A stretch of DNA of 64,000 bases from Eledone cirrhosa (taxonomy: Eukaryota): the NCBI GenBank assembly GCA_964016885.1, contig OZ024749.1, positions 40,920,001-40,984,000 on the forward strand, read 5' to 3'. Shown in pieces: positions 23,753 to 38,101 of this stretch. Each line of letters starts with the position of its first letter. The first letter of the stretch is position 1. The notes under the pieces are model-generated. The model saw only the letters and a program-made list of their open reading frames with translations, did not search any database and had not been told where the DNA came from. Position numbers and translations under genes: made by a program.

Positions 23753-26700
23753 CATTGAGGGAGATGATAATGCTGGTATTTTATATATAACAACAAACAT
23801 TTACTGATTGGGTTCTCCATTACATGTAGCAGAATCGTATTTATTTATGTATGTTGGTTGACTGGTTTTTGAGTTTCGTCTTGGAAGGAATTAGACATTC
23901 GCCTCGGCGAACCTCGAGTCCCAATTAATCATGATACATGCTTGTATATATATATATACGAGATATCTCTCCAATGTATATATTACATGTGTACATATAT
24001 TTGTATCTTATCTCTCCCACAAACACCTGCACACACATATATACATACATACACACACATATATACACACACACACACATTTATATATATATATATACAC
24101 ACATACATTCATACTTATGCATGCACACACACACATATACATTCATACTCATGCATGCACATACACACAAGGTTTGTCTTAATGAGTATGATATGACCAC
24201 ATCAAATTATGTATAGCACTTTTAACTGCATGTGAAGTGGAATGACTGAACTGGGAAAGGACACTCTGTCCTGGTCCCAGTAGTTATTATTCACAGTGAA
24301 TGTTATCTACCTCCGCATTAGCATGTCCTTCTGTAAGTACAATCAATAAATTGCTATGTCCCACTTTTACTTTCTTCTGTTGATTTCAACAAGTGGACCA
24401 GTTGTTTGACTAACAGAACAACCTGCTCGTTAAATTAACGTGCAAATGGCTGAGCATTCCACAGACACGGGGTTCCTTAACATCTCAGATTCAGCATGAA
24501 AGTGTGTGACAATGCTGGCCCTTTGAATTACAAGTACAACTAATCTTTTTCTCCAGTTGAGTTGACTGGGGCAACATGAAAAATTGTCTTGCTAAAGGAC
24601 ACATCACTTGTCCCGGTCTCAGAATAGAACTGATATTATGATCAGGAGACCAACACCCTAAACAGTAAGCCATGTACACTTTCACACACACAATTTGGTA
24701 ATCTTTTGATTTAAGATCACCAACATTTTTGGTAGTCTCTGCTAGTGATGCATGGAATATTAAAACAGTTTCCATTCTACCATTAGGAATTTTGTTGGCT
24801 CAGTACTCAACATAATACTTTTATGCAAGTTTTGGTATCTATTAGAGATTGTATGTGTGGATTTATAAATCCTGGTGGAGTTGTAGAGGCGCTGTAGTGA
24901 TATATGATGTTTCTTGGGTATTCTAAACTTGGTGGACCCCATTCCTTCTCATGGTCTGAACACAGCTGATTTCTTCCAGTAAAGGAGAGAGTGAGATAGA
25001 GAGGAAGTGAGAAAGAGATATAGAGGAAGAATCGACCCTAGTACTGGAATGGTACTTTTTTATCAATCTCAAAAGGAATGGAAGACAAAGTTGACCTCAG
25101 CGGGATTTGTACTCAGATAGTACAGCGAGTCCAAACAATACCACAAGCCATTCTATCTGATAGTCTAACAACTCTGCCAATTTGCCGCCTACATATTAGA
25201 CATTACTATTTAATAATTTAATTATATATATATAGCCTAATGGTTAGTATGTTGAATTCACTATCATAAGGTAATGGGTTCGATTCCTGGACCAAGTGGC
25301 CTGATGCATTCATCTCATATTGCTTTTCATTAAAACACTTGAGAAACCTATGAGATGCAACCCTGTAAGTGACCAACTAAACCTGTATATGTGCGAGCTG
25401 TAAATTTCTCCTTTTCACTGACTTTTATATTAATTTAATCATTTTATTTGATCATAAATGGGGGAAAATTCACTTTCATTTCATTTGTAATTTATTATAG
25501 CATTGGTGATCACAGAATGAAATTGTTTTGACATAGTTCATCCAGTCCTCTCTCTAAAGTGGTAGTGCTGCTCTCATGTTAAAATGCACCCAGTGCTCTC
25601 TGTAAAGTGGTAGTGTTGTCATGTTAAAATGCACTCAGTACACTTTGTAAAGTGGTAATGCTGCTGCCATGTTTAAATGCACCTAGTTCACTCTCTAAAG
25701 TGGTAGGGCTGCTGTCATGTTAAAATCCACCCAGTACACACTGTAAAGTGGTTGGCATTAGGAAGAGCATCCACCTGTAGAAATCATACCAGAAATAGAA
25801 ATGAAACATGTGAAGATGTGGTCCTCCTTACTTGTGAAGTCTTGGAATGTGACAATCTGTCCAGCCCATGCCAGCAGAGCTAGAGGACATAAAATGATGA
25901 TGATGATGATATAGATGGGAGGTGTCTTGTTGATTGTTAACTTTTGGATATATCAGGGGGACATTCAAAGAGTATTATTTGAACAGTGAAGGTACATGGC
26001 CAAATGTTTAGGGTGTTGAGTGTTGGGCTCGTGATTGTGAAGTTGTTGGTTTGAGATACCCAAAACCAGTGTGTTTTGTCCTTAACTCTAGTGTTCGGAC
26101 AGACTTATCATTTGAACTCAGAATGGTCATCACTGAAAGTAAATTCTATAAAGTGCTTGGCTTGCTGTTTACTTTCAACAACAATACTGTCATAATAGTA
26201 ATAGTTTCTAATTTATGCACAAGGCCAGCAGATTACTGGACAGAGGGTACAGAAATGATCATACTGACCCTACTACTTGACTGGCATTTTATTTTACCCC
26301 CCACTAGGATGAAATGACATGCAAAGCTGAACTCGGTGGTATGTGAACTCGGAAGAAATATCGCAAAGGCATTTTGTCTGACATTCTAGGTTCACTGCTA
26401 AATGGTTTCTCATGTAGGTATAAAAGCAGAAATTTAGAGGTAGAGGTGGGTGGTAGAGGCAATTAGTTATATTGAACCTAGTATATGACTGGTATTTTAT
26501 TTTATTGACTCTGGAGGAACGAAAGGTAAAGTTGACCTCAGTGGGATTCGAACTCAGAATGTAAAGCATTTTGTCTGATGCTCTACTGATTCTGCCAATG
26601 CTAATGTTTTGTTGACATAAGGAGGAGGCAGATGTAGGACATTGCAAGGACAAATAAGAGAATGATAAATATTACACATATATAACTTGATGTTTCTATT

Positions 26701-27439
26701 GATTGGGATAACAATGATGGTGATGATGATGGTGGTGATGGTTGTGGTGGTGATCATGATGGTATTGGTGGTGGTGGTAGTGGTATTGGTGGTGATGGCA
26801 GTGATGATGATGATGGTGGTATTGGTGGTGATAGTGGTATTGGTGGTGATGGTTGTGGTGGTGTTGATGGTTATGGTGATAGTGGTATTGGTGGTGGTGA
26901 TGATGGTGATGGTTGTGGTATTGGTGGTGGTGATGATGGTGATGGTTGTTGTATTGATGATGGTGGTGATAATAGTGGTAGTGGTGATGGTGATGATGTA
27001 GTCAGACTGTTGAGGGTTGATTATCAATATTCAATAGCAAAGGATATTGATCATTACTTTTCTGTCTTATATTTTTGTTTGATGTTATATATTTTAAATG
27101 TAAACATTTAGTTAATTTATGAAGCATTCAGGAAGTTTGAAATTTTAAAAATTATGGTAGCCACAATGCAGCTAACTATAACTAATAGTTGATAACTTTA
27201 AATATTAGTTGAATAAGTCAGGTAAAATACTCCTTGAGGAAGGGACTCAATTGCATGGTTTGATTGCAGTAGGAGTCTCCAGGTCCAGAGATATTTTACC
27301 TGGCTTATTCAATTATTATTAACACTACAGAGTTGATAAAATAAAGTACCAGTTATGTACTGGGGTTGGTATAATCACCCCCACCCCCCTCCCAATTGCT
27401 GGCTTTCTGCCTAAAGTAGAAATCATTTGTAGTAGCTGC

Positions 27440-27720
27440 ACTCTGCCGGTTATGATGATGAGTGTTCCAGTCGATATTAAATTAACGTGCAAGTGGCTGA
27501 GCATTCTCCCAGAACAAAGTTCTCAGGGAGATTCAGTGTGACACAGAATGTGGCATGTCTGGTCTTTCGAATTACAGGTAAAACTCACTTTTGCAGCTGA
27601 GTGAACCGGAGCAACGTGAAATAAAGTGCCTTGCTTAAGGACACAGCGTGCCACTAGGAATTGAACTCACAACCTTACGATCGTGACCCAAATATCCTAA
27701 CCACAAAGCCATGCGACTTC
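27440..27720 (-). mobile_element. Second tRNA-derived SINE family (CORE/V-like tgtgtccttaagcaaggcactt domain)
   Basis: Minus strand: gtggttagg..gtgagttcaattcc (A/B boxes) then the shared body. Copies at ~3615-3875 (-), 24390-24675 (-), 29640-29840 (+) and 56740-56957 (-). Confidence 0.75.
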
Positions 27721-29983
27721 ACAGAAATTATGTGTTGCTAACACATTTTCAAACATGCAAGGAGAGCGAGAACTGTATAAGGAAGTGCCAAGCACTTGAA
27801 GTAAATAGAACCAGTGGTAAAGGAAGATATGGAATGAAGTTGTGAAGAATGATCCAAAAGAACTGGACCTAAATGGAAATGCAGGGAGGTGAGGTACTGG
27901 AGGCTGTATGGAGTGGAGCGGTCCCCCCTTTTAACCTGCAGTGGATTGGACTGGTTGATGACATAGGGTAGAGAGAAGTCTTTGGTCTTATCAAGCATTG
28001 GCAACCTCTCTAGTGCTGGTGCTTCAATAAAATGCATCCAATGCATACTTTCTAGTGATAGTGCTGGTACCACAACAAAATGCACCCAGTACACTATGTA
28101 AAGTTATATTGCCAGTGTCACGATAACACTTACCAAGTACACTCTGTAAAGTGGCAGTGCTAGTGCCACTATAAAATGATCCCAATATATTCTGTAAAGT
28201 AGCAGGTATTAGGAAGGGATATTCAGCCATAGAAACTATGTTAAAGTATAGAACGTATGAGGAAGATGTTATTTCTTCTGACTATGTCTTGTCTCGGGCC
28301 ACGATGACCCACCCAACACAGGCTAGCATGGAAAGCAACTGTAAAATGATGATCATCATCAACCTTATCCCCACCAACATTATCAGTCATCATTATTGTT
28401 ATAATTATCATCAACGTTATCACCATCATCATCGTTATCAACATCATTGTTATCATTATTATCATTGTTATTATTATCATCATTTAGTTTGCAGATGATT
28501 TTGTTGCTTGGAATTCTAGATTGGTTTACAATCAATAATCCTATAGACCCCCACCTTCACCCTTCCACTCACAATCTACTTCACCACTCAACTATCTCCT
28601 CATCTTTTTTCATCCCTCTCTCTATCCTTTCCTTCCCTCTCTCTCTCTCTCCATCTGCCCATCCTCTCTCTATTTTTTCTTGTTTAATTTTTTTTCTTTT
28701 TTATAGTTTAAAAAATATAAAAAATAAATACCAAATCCTTAAGTGCTTCTCCGCCTCCTTCCTCCCCTGCCCACTTTCCTCTCCCTATCTCTCTCTCTGC
28801 TCACACCCTGTCTCACTCCCTATCTCTCTTTGTCTCCTCATTTGATAGTTTTTCTTTCTTTGAAGCAAATAAATACAAATCCTTATACTAAGTAGCAAGT
28901 ACTCTCTTCTCTCCCTTATAGTTTTGCCCCCCCCCCCCTCCCGTCTCTATCTCTTTGAAGTACTGAATACTCTCCTCCTCCCCCCTTGCCCACTCTCCTC
29001 TCTCACCTCCTTTCTAATTCTGTTTGTCTCCCCATCGCCCCCCCCCCATTCCCTGTTTATATATTTTTGAAAAACCAAATTCCTCTATATATATGACTAT
29101 ACAAAAAGCATCTGGAAGTTTCTTTCATTGAATTTTAAAAAGTTGAAACAAAAACTTGAATTCTCCTCTACTGTATCTTACAGCAAATAAAAGGAAATAA
29201 AAGAGTTTTATTTTAACCATTTAGATACCAAATCGTCCGAAACTGACCATGGTCCAACAATACAAAATTGTTTATTTTAAATTCTTTACATTTAGCTGAA
29301 AACCTTCCATCATAATTTTATGTAAGAACCTTTGTTAGCCCATTACTCTAAATTTACTGATTTTGATGATATTTGTTTTAAGAACAGTACCATAAAATCA
29401 GTATGAGTGGCCAGTTACAGCTGGTTTGAACAGAAAGAGGTGAGAGAATTCTGGCCGGATACGTCTTGTTTAAATGCTAAAGAGTTAAGTTATGCTTCAA
29501 ACACCAGTTTCATAATGGGAAGGTTAAATATATTACAGAATCCTTAAACATTTTTCATTGTTTTCAAAATTATGGCCATGCCTTGAAAAGTCTCGTCCAG
29601 TCTTTGCTATCATTGAAAAACGGACATAAAACTGGAGAAGGCATGAGGCTTAATGGTTAAGATGTTTTAGCTTGTGATCATAAAGTTATGAGTTTGGTTC
29701 TCGGCAGTGCGTTGTATCTTTGAACAAGACACTTTATTTCATATTGCTCCAATTCACTCAGCTGGCAAAAATGAGTTGTGCATGTCATAAGGAAGTGAGG
29801 GGCAACCTTATCACACACTGTGTCATGATAAATCTCTCTGTGATACAACCCTGTAGGAGGCCAACTAAACCTACATAGATGTGAGCCGGAAATTTCTTCT
29901 TTTATTTTGTTTTGTTTATTTGCTGAGGAATGTAACTAATGTTTTGCTGTTCTTCAATTTATTTTGTCTAAATTTCATTTCAG

Positions 29984-30119
29984 AGGAAAACTTTCATACG
30001 AAGAGCCAAAGTATTCCCATTAGTGAAACAGACAGGATGGAAACCAAACCCCCATTTTTACAGAAAGGTCATTGGCACCGTTGAAGTCATTAGTGGGGTT
30101 ACCTTGTTAGCTATTCCAG
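29984..30119 (+). CDS. TMEM35A: NACHO/TMEM35 exon 2 (RKTFIRRAKVFPLVKQTGWKPNPHFYRKVIGTVEVISGVTLLAIP-G)
   Basis: tttcatttcag acceptor, CAG|gtatgt donor, phase 0 to phase 1. Matches the RKSIGALEVACG..LVPG motif of TMEM35. Confidence 0.93.
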
Positions 30120-30182
30120 GTATGTTGGATCTTTTTCATTAGGATATGGCTGTCCCTTGGTCATGGAGGTTTCACCAGTGTT

Positions 30183-30500
<318 letters not shown>

Positions 30501-30833
30501 TGATAGGGGCTCCAGGTCTATCATGTTGTCCTTGTTACACCTCACACCTATGTAGGTTTAGCTGGCCACCTACAAGGTTGCATCTCATATGAGTCTTCTT
30601 GGGAGCCCAGTCCTATCATGGTAAACAACATAAAATGAACAGTAGTTGTATAATGGTTAGTTGAATACCTAACCACTAGGCCATGTGTTTTCACGAGTCA
30701 TGACCAAGGTAGGCCTTGTGTTAACTTCATTTTTTTTAATACTTATCTTTTGTGTTTATATTTTTTCTAAATTGTTTTCTATTCTATTGTATATTTATTC
30801 TAAAATTGCACACGTGTGTTTTGTGTATTTCAG

Positions 30834-31060
30834 GAAGTTTGAAGCAGGTGGCAAATGTATCGTTGCTGTTGATTATGTTGAGTGATATCTATACCCATTA
30901 TGCCCTCGATGAAGGGCTTGAGAGAATGAGCCCAGCAATCGTGTTTGCATTGCTTCTCTCGTGTCGTCTCATCATTCACTTGCAACTGCGTGCCAGGGAA
31001 GCCTCCATCACCTCCACCAGAAGGTCTTCTACATCACAATTCATGAAGAAAGTAGAATAG
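30834..31060 (+). CDS. TMEM35A: NACHO/TMEM35 exon 3 (..SLKQVANVSLLLIMLSDIYTHYALDEGLERMSPAIVFALLLSCRLIIHLQ..FMKKVE*)
   Basis: gtgtatttcag acceptor, phase-1 compatible. KxVAN..LL, H, and VF.LLL.CRL motifs of TMEM35. TAG ends at 31060; AATAAA signals near 31331-31360. Confidence 0.94.
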
Positions 31061-31779
31061 ACAACATTAACATAACTACAACATACAGTATTACAACAAC
31101 AGTAACAAAATTACAACAACTACAACAGTAACAACAAGGTTGTTTGTCTCTGAACTTTTTCATACTTGCAGATAAAACTTTGTTGAGTTTTTTTTTTGTT
31201 CTTTACTTTTCTGTTTTTGTATATTTCTTTTTGTGTGTGTGTGTGTATGTTTTTGTAAACATTTTTTTTGTATTATACATTTGTGTTTTTCTAACTATTT
31301 TTTTTTTCTAAACTCTTAATAAAATGTATAAATAAATATTTAAATAACGAAATAAATAAATACAATAATACTATCAACAAAAAGAAGCATTTAAAGCCAT
31401 TTTCCCCACCCCCTGCTAAAGAAGGGGTCGTTGTCGTTAGTCTTGCAAACTACAGCATATCTGGCTTTTAATAATACTCAGTGATGGGGCTCCCTTTTTT
31501 TAGGCAGCACTTGTTTTACTGCCGGGTGCCCTTCCTGACACCGAAATCTTTTTTAGTCACTTATTTCAACACGTAAGGATAATGGTGTACCTATTTTAAT
31601 TGTAAAACCAAATACAAAATGGTAAAAACCTAAAAAAATTTGGCGAGAAGGAACTAAGACAGTAAAAACAATTTGAAAAAAAAATCTTGTTGTATTGATC
31701 AGGCATTTAAATATCCCTTCCCCTCTTCCTCCTACTTTTCGAATTATCGTTAATATAAATTATTATTATCACCGTCATT

Positions 31780-32715
31780 GAAAGGCAGTGGAATTTAGAA
31801 ACAGAATCGTCAGAGTGTCAGATAAAATGTTCTGTGCTGTTTAGTTGCATTGCTTTACAACATTCCTGGATCAAATCCTGCCATGGTCGACTTTGCCTTT
31901 CATCCCATCTTTGTGGAGATTGATAAAATAAAGTAGCAGTCATGTACTGGGGGCTGATATAATCAACTGTTGATTCCCCCCAACCACCACCACCACTATG
32001 CCTATCCACAGTTTCTGACTTTGTGTCTCATTATGAAAGAAAAATAATACAAAAAGTATTATTATTAATATTAAGGGCGGTGGATTGGCAGTATCGGTAG
32101 AGGGTCGGACGCCATGCTTTCCAGCATAGTTACGTCCCTTTGCGGTCTGAGTTCAAATCCCGCCGAGGTTGACTTTGCCTTTCATCCTTACGGGGTCGAT
32201 AAAATAAAGTACCAGTAATGCACTGGGTAATTGCTGGTCTTGTGCCTAAAGTAGAAACAATTATTATTAATATTAATAATAGGGCGGTGGCTTGGCAGAA
32301 TCGGTAGAGCATTGGACAATATGCTTTGCAGTATTTAGTTATGGCTCTTCACATTCTGAGTTCAAATCCTGCCGAGGTTAGCTTTGCCTTTCATCCTTCC
32401 GGGGTCGATAAAATAAAGCACCAGTCAAGTGCTGGGATCAATTTAATTTAATCAACTTTCTCCTTCCCTGCTAAATTAGGAACCATTATTATAATTATTA
32501 TTATTATTAAGGGCAGTGAATTGGCAGTATCGGTAGAGGGTCGGACGTCATGCTTTCCAGCATAGTTACGTCCCTTTACAGTCTGAGTTCAAATCCTGCC
32601 GAGGTTAACTTTGCCTTTCATCCTTACGGGGTCGATAATATAAAGTACCAGTAATGTACTGGGTAATTGCTGGCCTTGTGCCTAAAGTAGAAACAGTTAT
32701 TATTATTATTATTAT
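31780..32715 (+). mobile_element. Head-to-tail stack of 4 tRNA-derived SINEs
   Basis: Copies start at ~31783, 32075, 32282 and 32511, each after the previous (ATT)n tail. Confidence 0.88.
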
Positions 32716-32897
32716 TGTTATTATTATTAATATGACATAATTGTCTTTTTCTGTTTGTTTGTTTTTTTTTTTGATTTTTTTAAAAAACATTTTCCTCTAT
32801 GTCTTTTTTAAAGAATAAAAGTCGACATACCTTAGGTAATGTTGAACACAGAGAAATTTTTATATTTGTTGTCTTATTCATGGTTATGTTTGTTTTG

Positions 32898-33470
32898 TTG
32901 TTACAGCTCACTCCTATGTAGGTTTAGCTGGCTTACTACGAGGTTGTATCTCATAGGAGGTTTCTCGGGTCTTTTAACCCTTTAGCATTTACATTAATCT
33001 ATATATACTATTGTATTTTCATGGTAAAAGCTTTATCTCACATAATATCGAATCTACGAGATTTTGATATAATCTATTTTGAGGACAATACCTTAACATC
33101 AGTGTGAGCAGCTGGTTATGGCCAGTTTGAACAGAACGAGGTGAGAGAATTCTTGCCGGATGCAGCTGGTTTAAATGCTAAAGGGTTAATGATAGGGACC
33201 CAATTCTATCATATTACAGTTTACACCTATCTAGATTTACTTGACCTCCTATGAGGTTGTATCTCATAGAAGGTTTCTTGGGTGTTTTAATGATAGGGTC
33301 CCCAATCCTATCATGTTATAGCTCACACCTATGTAGGTTTAGCTGGCCTCCTACGATCTATCTCAGAGGAGGTTTCTCAGGCGTTTTAATGATAGGGTGC
33401 CCAGTCCTATCATGTTGTTACAGCTCACACCTATGTAGGTTTAGCTGGCCGCCTACGAGGTTGTATCTCA
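32898..33470. repeat. ~95-bp tandem repeat (about 4 units), first unit interrupted by a MITE
   Basis: Unit: cagctcacacctatgtaggtttagctggcc..aggttgtatctcataggaggtttc..ttttaatgatagggt. Related pieces at 25345-25385, 29840-29880 and 30500-30620. Confidence 0.8.
32974..33189. mobile_element. piggyBac-type MITE, full length, TTAA target duplication
   Basis: TTAA|ccctttagcattta ... taaatgctaaaggg|TTAA. Other copies at ~29380-29487 (partial), 30183-30500, 35259-35480, 43428-43640 and 53780-53951 (partial). Confidence 0.85.
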
Positions 33471-33860
33471 CCTGGTCATACAGTGTCTGTTTTATTAATT
33501 CGAGGTCACTGCGCCTATTTAAAAATCTATATTCCAAAAAATTTCCATTTTCCTTTATATTGATGCCTGTGTGTCAGCTGCTGGAAATTCGTTAACATCC
33601 AGTAGAAGCTCATTAAGTCTAACAACAGTAAATCTTGGCTATTAAAAGATATTTTCTTTTCAAAGAAACGAGAAGAAAAAGCAATTTGAGTCAAATTCCT
33701 CACGACCAACCGTTTTTTGCTGTTTCTCTTTTAATGAAACTATTCAACATTAATGATGGTGATTCTTCTTCTTCAATCTGATTAATAATAAAAGTTATTT
33801 AATATTATTATCATCATTTAAAACAACCACAGCAACAATAACAACAAATCCCTGCAAACT

Positions 33861-33891
<31 letters not shown>

Positions 33892-34444
33892 TTATACACA
33901 TATATATATATATACACACACATATGAATATATACACACACACACGTGTATATATATATATATACATGTATATACACACACATATATATATACATGTATA
34001 TACACACACACGCTTATATATATTTATATATATTCTAATCCTACCCTCCTGCTCTATCCCACACTCAACATTAAAAAAGATATTTTAAGCAGCAGATGTG
34101 GATCACTACCAGATGATTTCTAAGTCAGTTGAGCTGCACAAAGCAATTATATTTATATTTCATTTTAACCCACTCTTTGTTCTCAAATAAAAAATAAATA
34201 TAAAGAAAAATAAATGGAAAAAAACAATAACAAAACAAATAAATAAAAAAGAAAAATAAATGGAAAAAAAAAACAATAAAATAAATGGAAAAATTCCTTC
34301 AAAAAACATTCTCCATTCTGCACTGACCCCCCTCCCCCGAATTCTCTATCTCACTTTTTCTTGTTCTCTTTCTTCCCTCTTTCTCTATTATTCTCACCTA
34401 TCTATTTCTTGTTCTCTCTCTGTATCTCTTTCTTTCTCTCCCCC

Positions 34445-35030
34445 TCTCTGTATCTCCCTCCCTATTTCTCTCTCTCTATGTATCTCCCTATCTCTTGTTC
34501 CCCCTTCTCTCTCTTTGTATCTCCCTATCTCTTATTCTCACTCTTTGTATCTCCCTATCTCTTATTCTCACTCTTTGTATCTCCCTATCTCTTGTTCTCT
34601 CTCTTTGTATCTCCCTATCTCTTGTCCTTCCTTCTCTTTCTCTCTCTGTATCTCCCTATCTCTGGTGTTCTTGCACGTTTTTCTCTCTCTTCCCTCAGAC
34701 AATTCATCTATGCCTCGACCTGCAACACTGCTACCATCATCACCACCTCCTCCACTGTCACCACAACAATCATCATCATTATTACCAATATACTATCATT
34801 ACCACCACCATCATCATCATCATTATTACCACCACCACCACCATCACCTCTGCTACCACCACCAGCATCATCATTATTACCAATACTATCATTACCACCA
34901 CCATCACCACCTCTGCTACCGCCACCAGCATCATCATTATTACCAATACTATCATTACTACCACCATCATCATCATTATTGCCACTATCATCACCACCAC
35001 CAACAACAACAACAGCAGTAGTAGCAGCAG
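34445..35030. repeat. 28-bp CT-rich minisatellite followed by a (CAT/CAC)n tract
   Basis: ctctttgtatctccctatctcttgttct x~6; cryptic trinucleotide repeat. Confidence 0.8.
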
Positions 35031-35258
35031 AAGTATAACTCAAAGAAATATTGTTTTCAATGTTGCAATTTTGTTTTTGTTCCAAAAGATCTTTTATTTC
35101 TAGAATGATGAGTAATTTTTCTATTTTAGTCAATTGTTTAAGTTTTCACAAAATGACAGATGACAACAGTTTCAGGCAATAACAACAACAACAACCATTT
35201 TCATTTTTTCCAAGCCAACCAAAACCAACTCCTGGTACTATGAAACAAAATCACCCAT

Positions 35259-35480
35259 TTTAACCCTTAAGCATTTACATTACTTTATATTTACTATTGC
35301 ATTTTTGTTATATAATTATATAATTATCTCTCATAATATCGAATCTATGAGATTTTGCTGTTATTTATTTTGAGAACAATATCATAACATCAGTATGAGT
35401 GGCCAGTGACAACTTGTTTGAACAGAAAGAGGTGAGAGAATTCTGGCCAGATACAGCCGGTTTAAATTCTAAAGGGTTAA
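35259..35480. mobile_element. piggyBac-type MITE copy
   Basis: ttaacccttaagcattta ... aaattctaaagggttaa. Confidence 0.8.
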
Positions 35481-35847
35481 AGGGTTACTATTTGAATTAA
35501 GGTAATTTGATATTCAAATGAACCTACAACATCAGATCTGGTCTCAATAATTTTTAAAGTTCTGTGCCCCATGGAACCACATTAGCAAGACATACTTGAA
35601 AAGTACAAATCTGCATTGAGTCCCAAATGACCATCGTACTGCACCTAGAAAGGTCCCCTCTGAGGCACAAGCCCGGGCAAGGTGTTTTTGTATTTGACGT
35701 TCAGTGTCCACTCTGGGTTGCATATATAAAATATACACAATACAATAATGACTGAAGATGTCATAAAAATTATCCTTGACCTTTTATGTTATATATCTGA
35801 CACCTTATATAATGAATTTATTGTTTAATACAAAGAACACAACGTTA

Positions 35848-37400
35848 GAAGATAAATGCATGTGTGCAGATATTTGGTTCAAATGTGGTCATGAGGTGAT
35901 CAGCAGTGTCAGTCTTAAATATGCAACTGTCGTCTGTTGAGTGGTACTGAACCAGTTTAAAACTCCTTATAACTAATAATAACATACATTAACAGCAATG
36001 AAAAACTGGAATATTAATAGGCGATGGTTAGAGACTCAATGGTTTTTACCATTTATCCTTGGGTTAGAGGTAAAAACCCCATAAAACACAACAGTTAGTG
36101 ACTCTTTTGTCTATTCCTACATCAAAGATTAACAGAAGAAACTATTGAAATAAAATTTTTTATAAAACTATCACAGAATTATATTTATTTTTAACCTATG
36201 AAATTACTTGATGTTATCCACAATGAGAAAAATAAAGATACTCCCACAATTACCTGTTTTATGATGAGTCACACTCGATTGTACATGTCCTAAGCACAAG
36301 AAGTTGGCAATAGTAGCCCCTATATATATATATATATATATAACGTTTGTCAACAAAAGGCCCGTGGAGGTACAACATGCACCACAGGCTTCACCAGATA
36401 AATTAACCTTCTCCATCGAGTGAGCAAAGAAACTATGAATGTGTATTTATATACATATATATATATATATATTTCTATATAACCAGTTTAACACATTATC
36501 TAATTGATTTACACAGGTCTCATTCAAATACAGAGGGAGATAGCCATTCTATTCCTGATCTACCTTATATATATATATTTGAAAAAAGGAAAAGAAAAAC
36601 TTCACTTTTCGTTGGTATTCTATAATAATTTGATTTCATTCTCAGTCAAAAAGAGGTAGTCATGGCTCTAGAACAGCACTCTTCACCCTTTGAAATGTCA
36701 TCTGGTGTACCACAGGGATCTGTTCTTGGCCCCCTTTTCTTTGTTGCATATATAGATACCAATTAAAAGAATCCCACAGTGCTGAAATATGCAGATGATA
36801 TCAAGCTGTACCTTGAGATAAAAAGTTCAGATCCTGAACACTATAGATCTTTCCTGCAATCAGACCTGGACACAATACACCAATGGATTATGGACTGGCA
36901 ACTCAAGCTGGTTGTGGATAAGTGTATAATCCATGCATTTTGGGAGGAAAAGCCCAGTGTTCACATACTCCCTCCACAATACTAATCTCAAAAGGTCTTC
37001 TTGTGAACATGACCTGGGCATTACTGCCAGCAGCGATTTGTGTAGGACAAAAGCACATCTCTAAAATTGTCAAGAAGGCTGAAGGTGTCTTAGCATCACT
37101 CAGTCGTGTGTGTGTATGTGTGAGTTTACGCGCGTGTGTGTATGTATGTCTATTATATGGGGTTTCTAGCTCTAACACAAGAGTAAATGGTAAAATCAGC
37201 GAGTCTCTAATCATCTACTATTAACACTCCAACTTTTCTAATTTATATTATTGCTGTAAATACATGTTATTATTAGTTTTAAGGAGTTTTAAACTGGTTT
37301 CGTACTACTCAACAGACGACAGTTGACTTAAGGCTGACACTGCTGATCTCCCCCTTGAACATATTTGAACTAAATATCTGTACACACGCATTATCTTCCT
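35848..37400. repeat. Inverted pair of ~240-bp repeats (35848-36085 and 37150-37400)
   Basis: For example, caactgtcgtctgttgagt vs actcaacagacgacagttg, and tttaaaactcctta vs taaggagttttaaa. Confidence 0.8.
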
Positions 37401-37955
37401 AGGCCCAGTTTTCTCGCAAACCATCCGGGGTTCGTCGTTCAGTTAATCGAACGTTATAAATCTAGTGAAGCATGTTCGATTCGTGTACATATGCACACGT
37501 ATATATTGTGCATAGTCGCGTACACGCATGGATACATTGAAGCTCCGACGTATGGCAACTGACTTGGTAAACACCCACAAAGTTATTAACCATCTTGCCA
37601 ACAACAACCCTGAGCACCTTTTTGATGTCCATGTGTCTAACACACGTGGGCATGCGTACAAAGTCAGAAAACAGCACAGCTCCCACGACTTTCGGAAACA
37701 TTTTTTCACGCTCAGAGTTGCCGAAGCGTGGAACAAACTACCTGCATCAGTTGTTAGCTGTCGAGACACTGCATCCTTTAAAACCTCCATGCTTCCTGAG
37801 ATTCGCCAACACTATACCTGATATCCCCCCTCCATACACACGCACACATGTATTTCATGACTCGTACATTATTCTATGTACTATACATGCACCTTTGATG
37901 GGTTGTAGTGCAGCTGAGCACTGTACACAATAATTTTATTATTATTATTATTATT
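36650..37955 (+). mobile_element. Decayed CR1-type LINE: RT part (36650-37105) and 3' end (37528-37955), interrupted
   Basis: SGVPQGSVLGP and LKYADDIKLY motifs; TRGHAYKV..RKHFFTLRVAEAWNKLP; (TTA)n tail. Confidence 0.88.
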
Positions 37956-38060
37956 ATATATATATATATAACAAAGAAGATGTGGTAAGAAACCAGGTGG
38001 ACCATACCACACCAGAGTACTCGATACTTAGGGTAGAGCCGTCGGGGTCCTGACTCTTTT

Positions 38061-38101
<41 letters not shown>

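Noticed and set aside
34260-35133. His/Pro/Gly-rich ORFs (also 26554-27027, 53569-53796 and 62680-63267)
   Set aside because: Simple trinucleotide and minisatellite repeats open in several frames; no splice or homology support.
35650-35690. Twister ribozyme (ggtccc..caagcccgg)
   Set aside because: An extra hairpin interrupts the loop motif and I cannot find the P1/P2 or pseudoknot partners.
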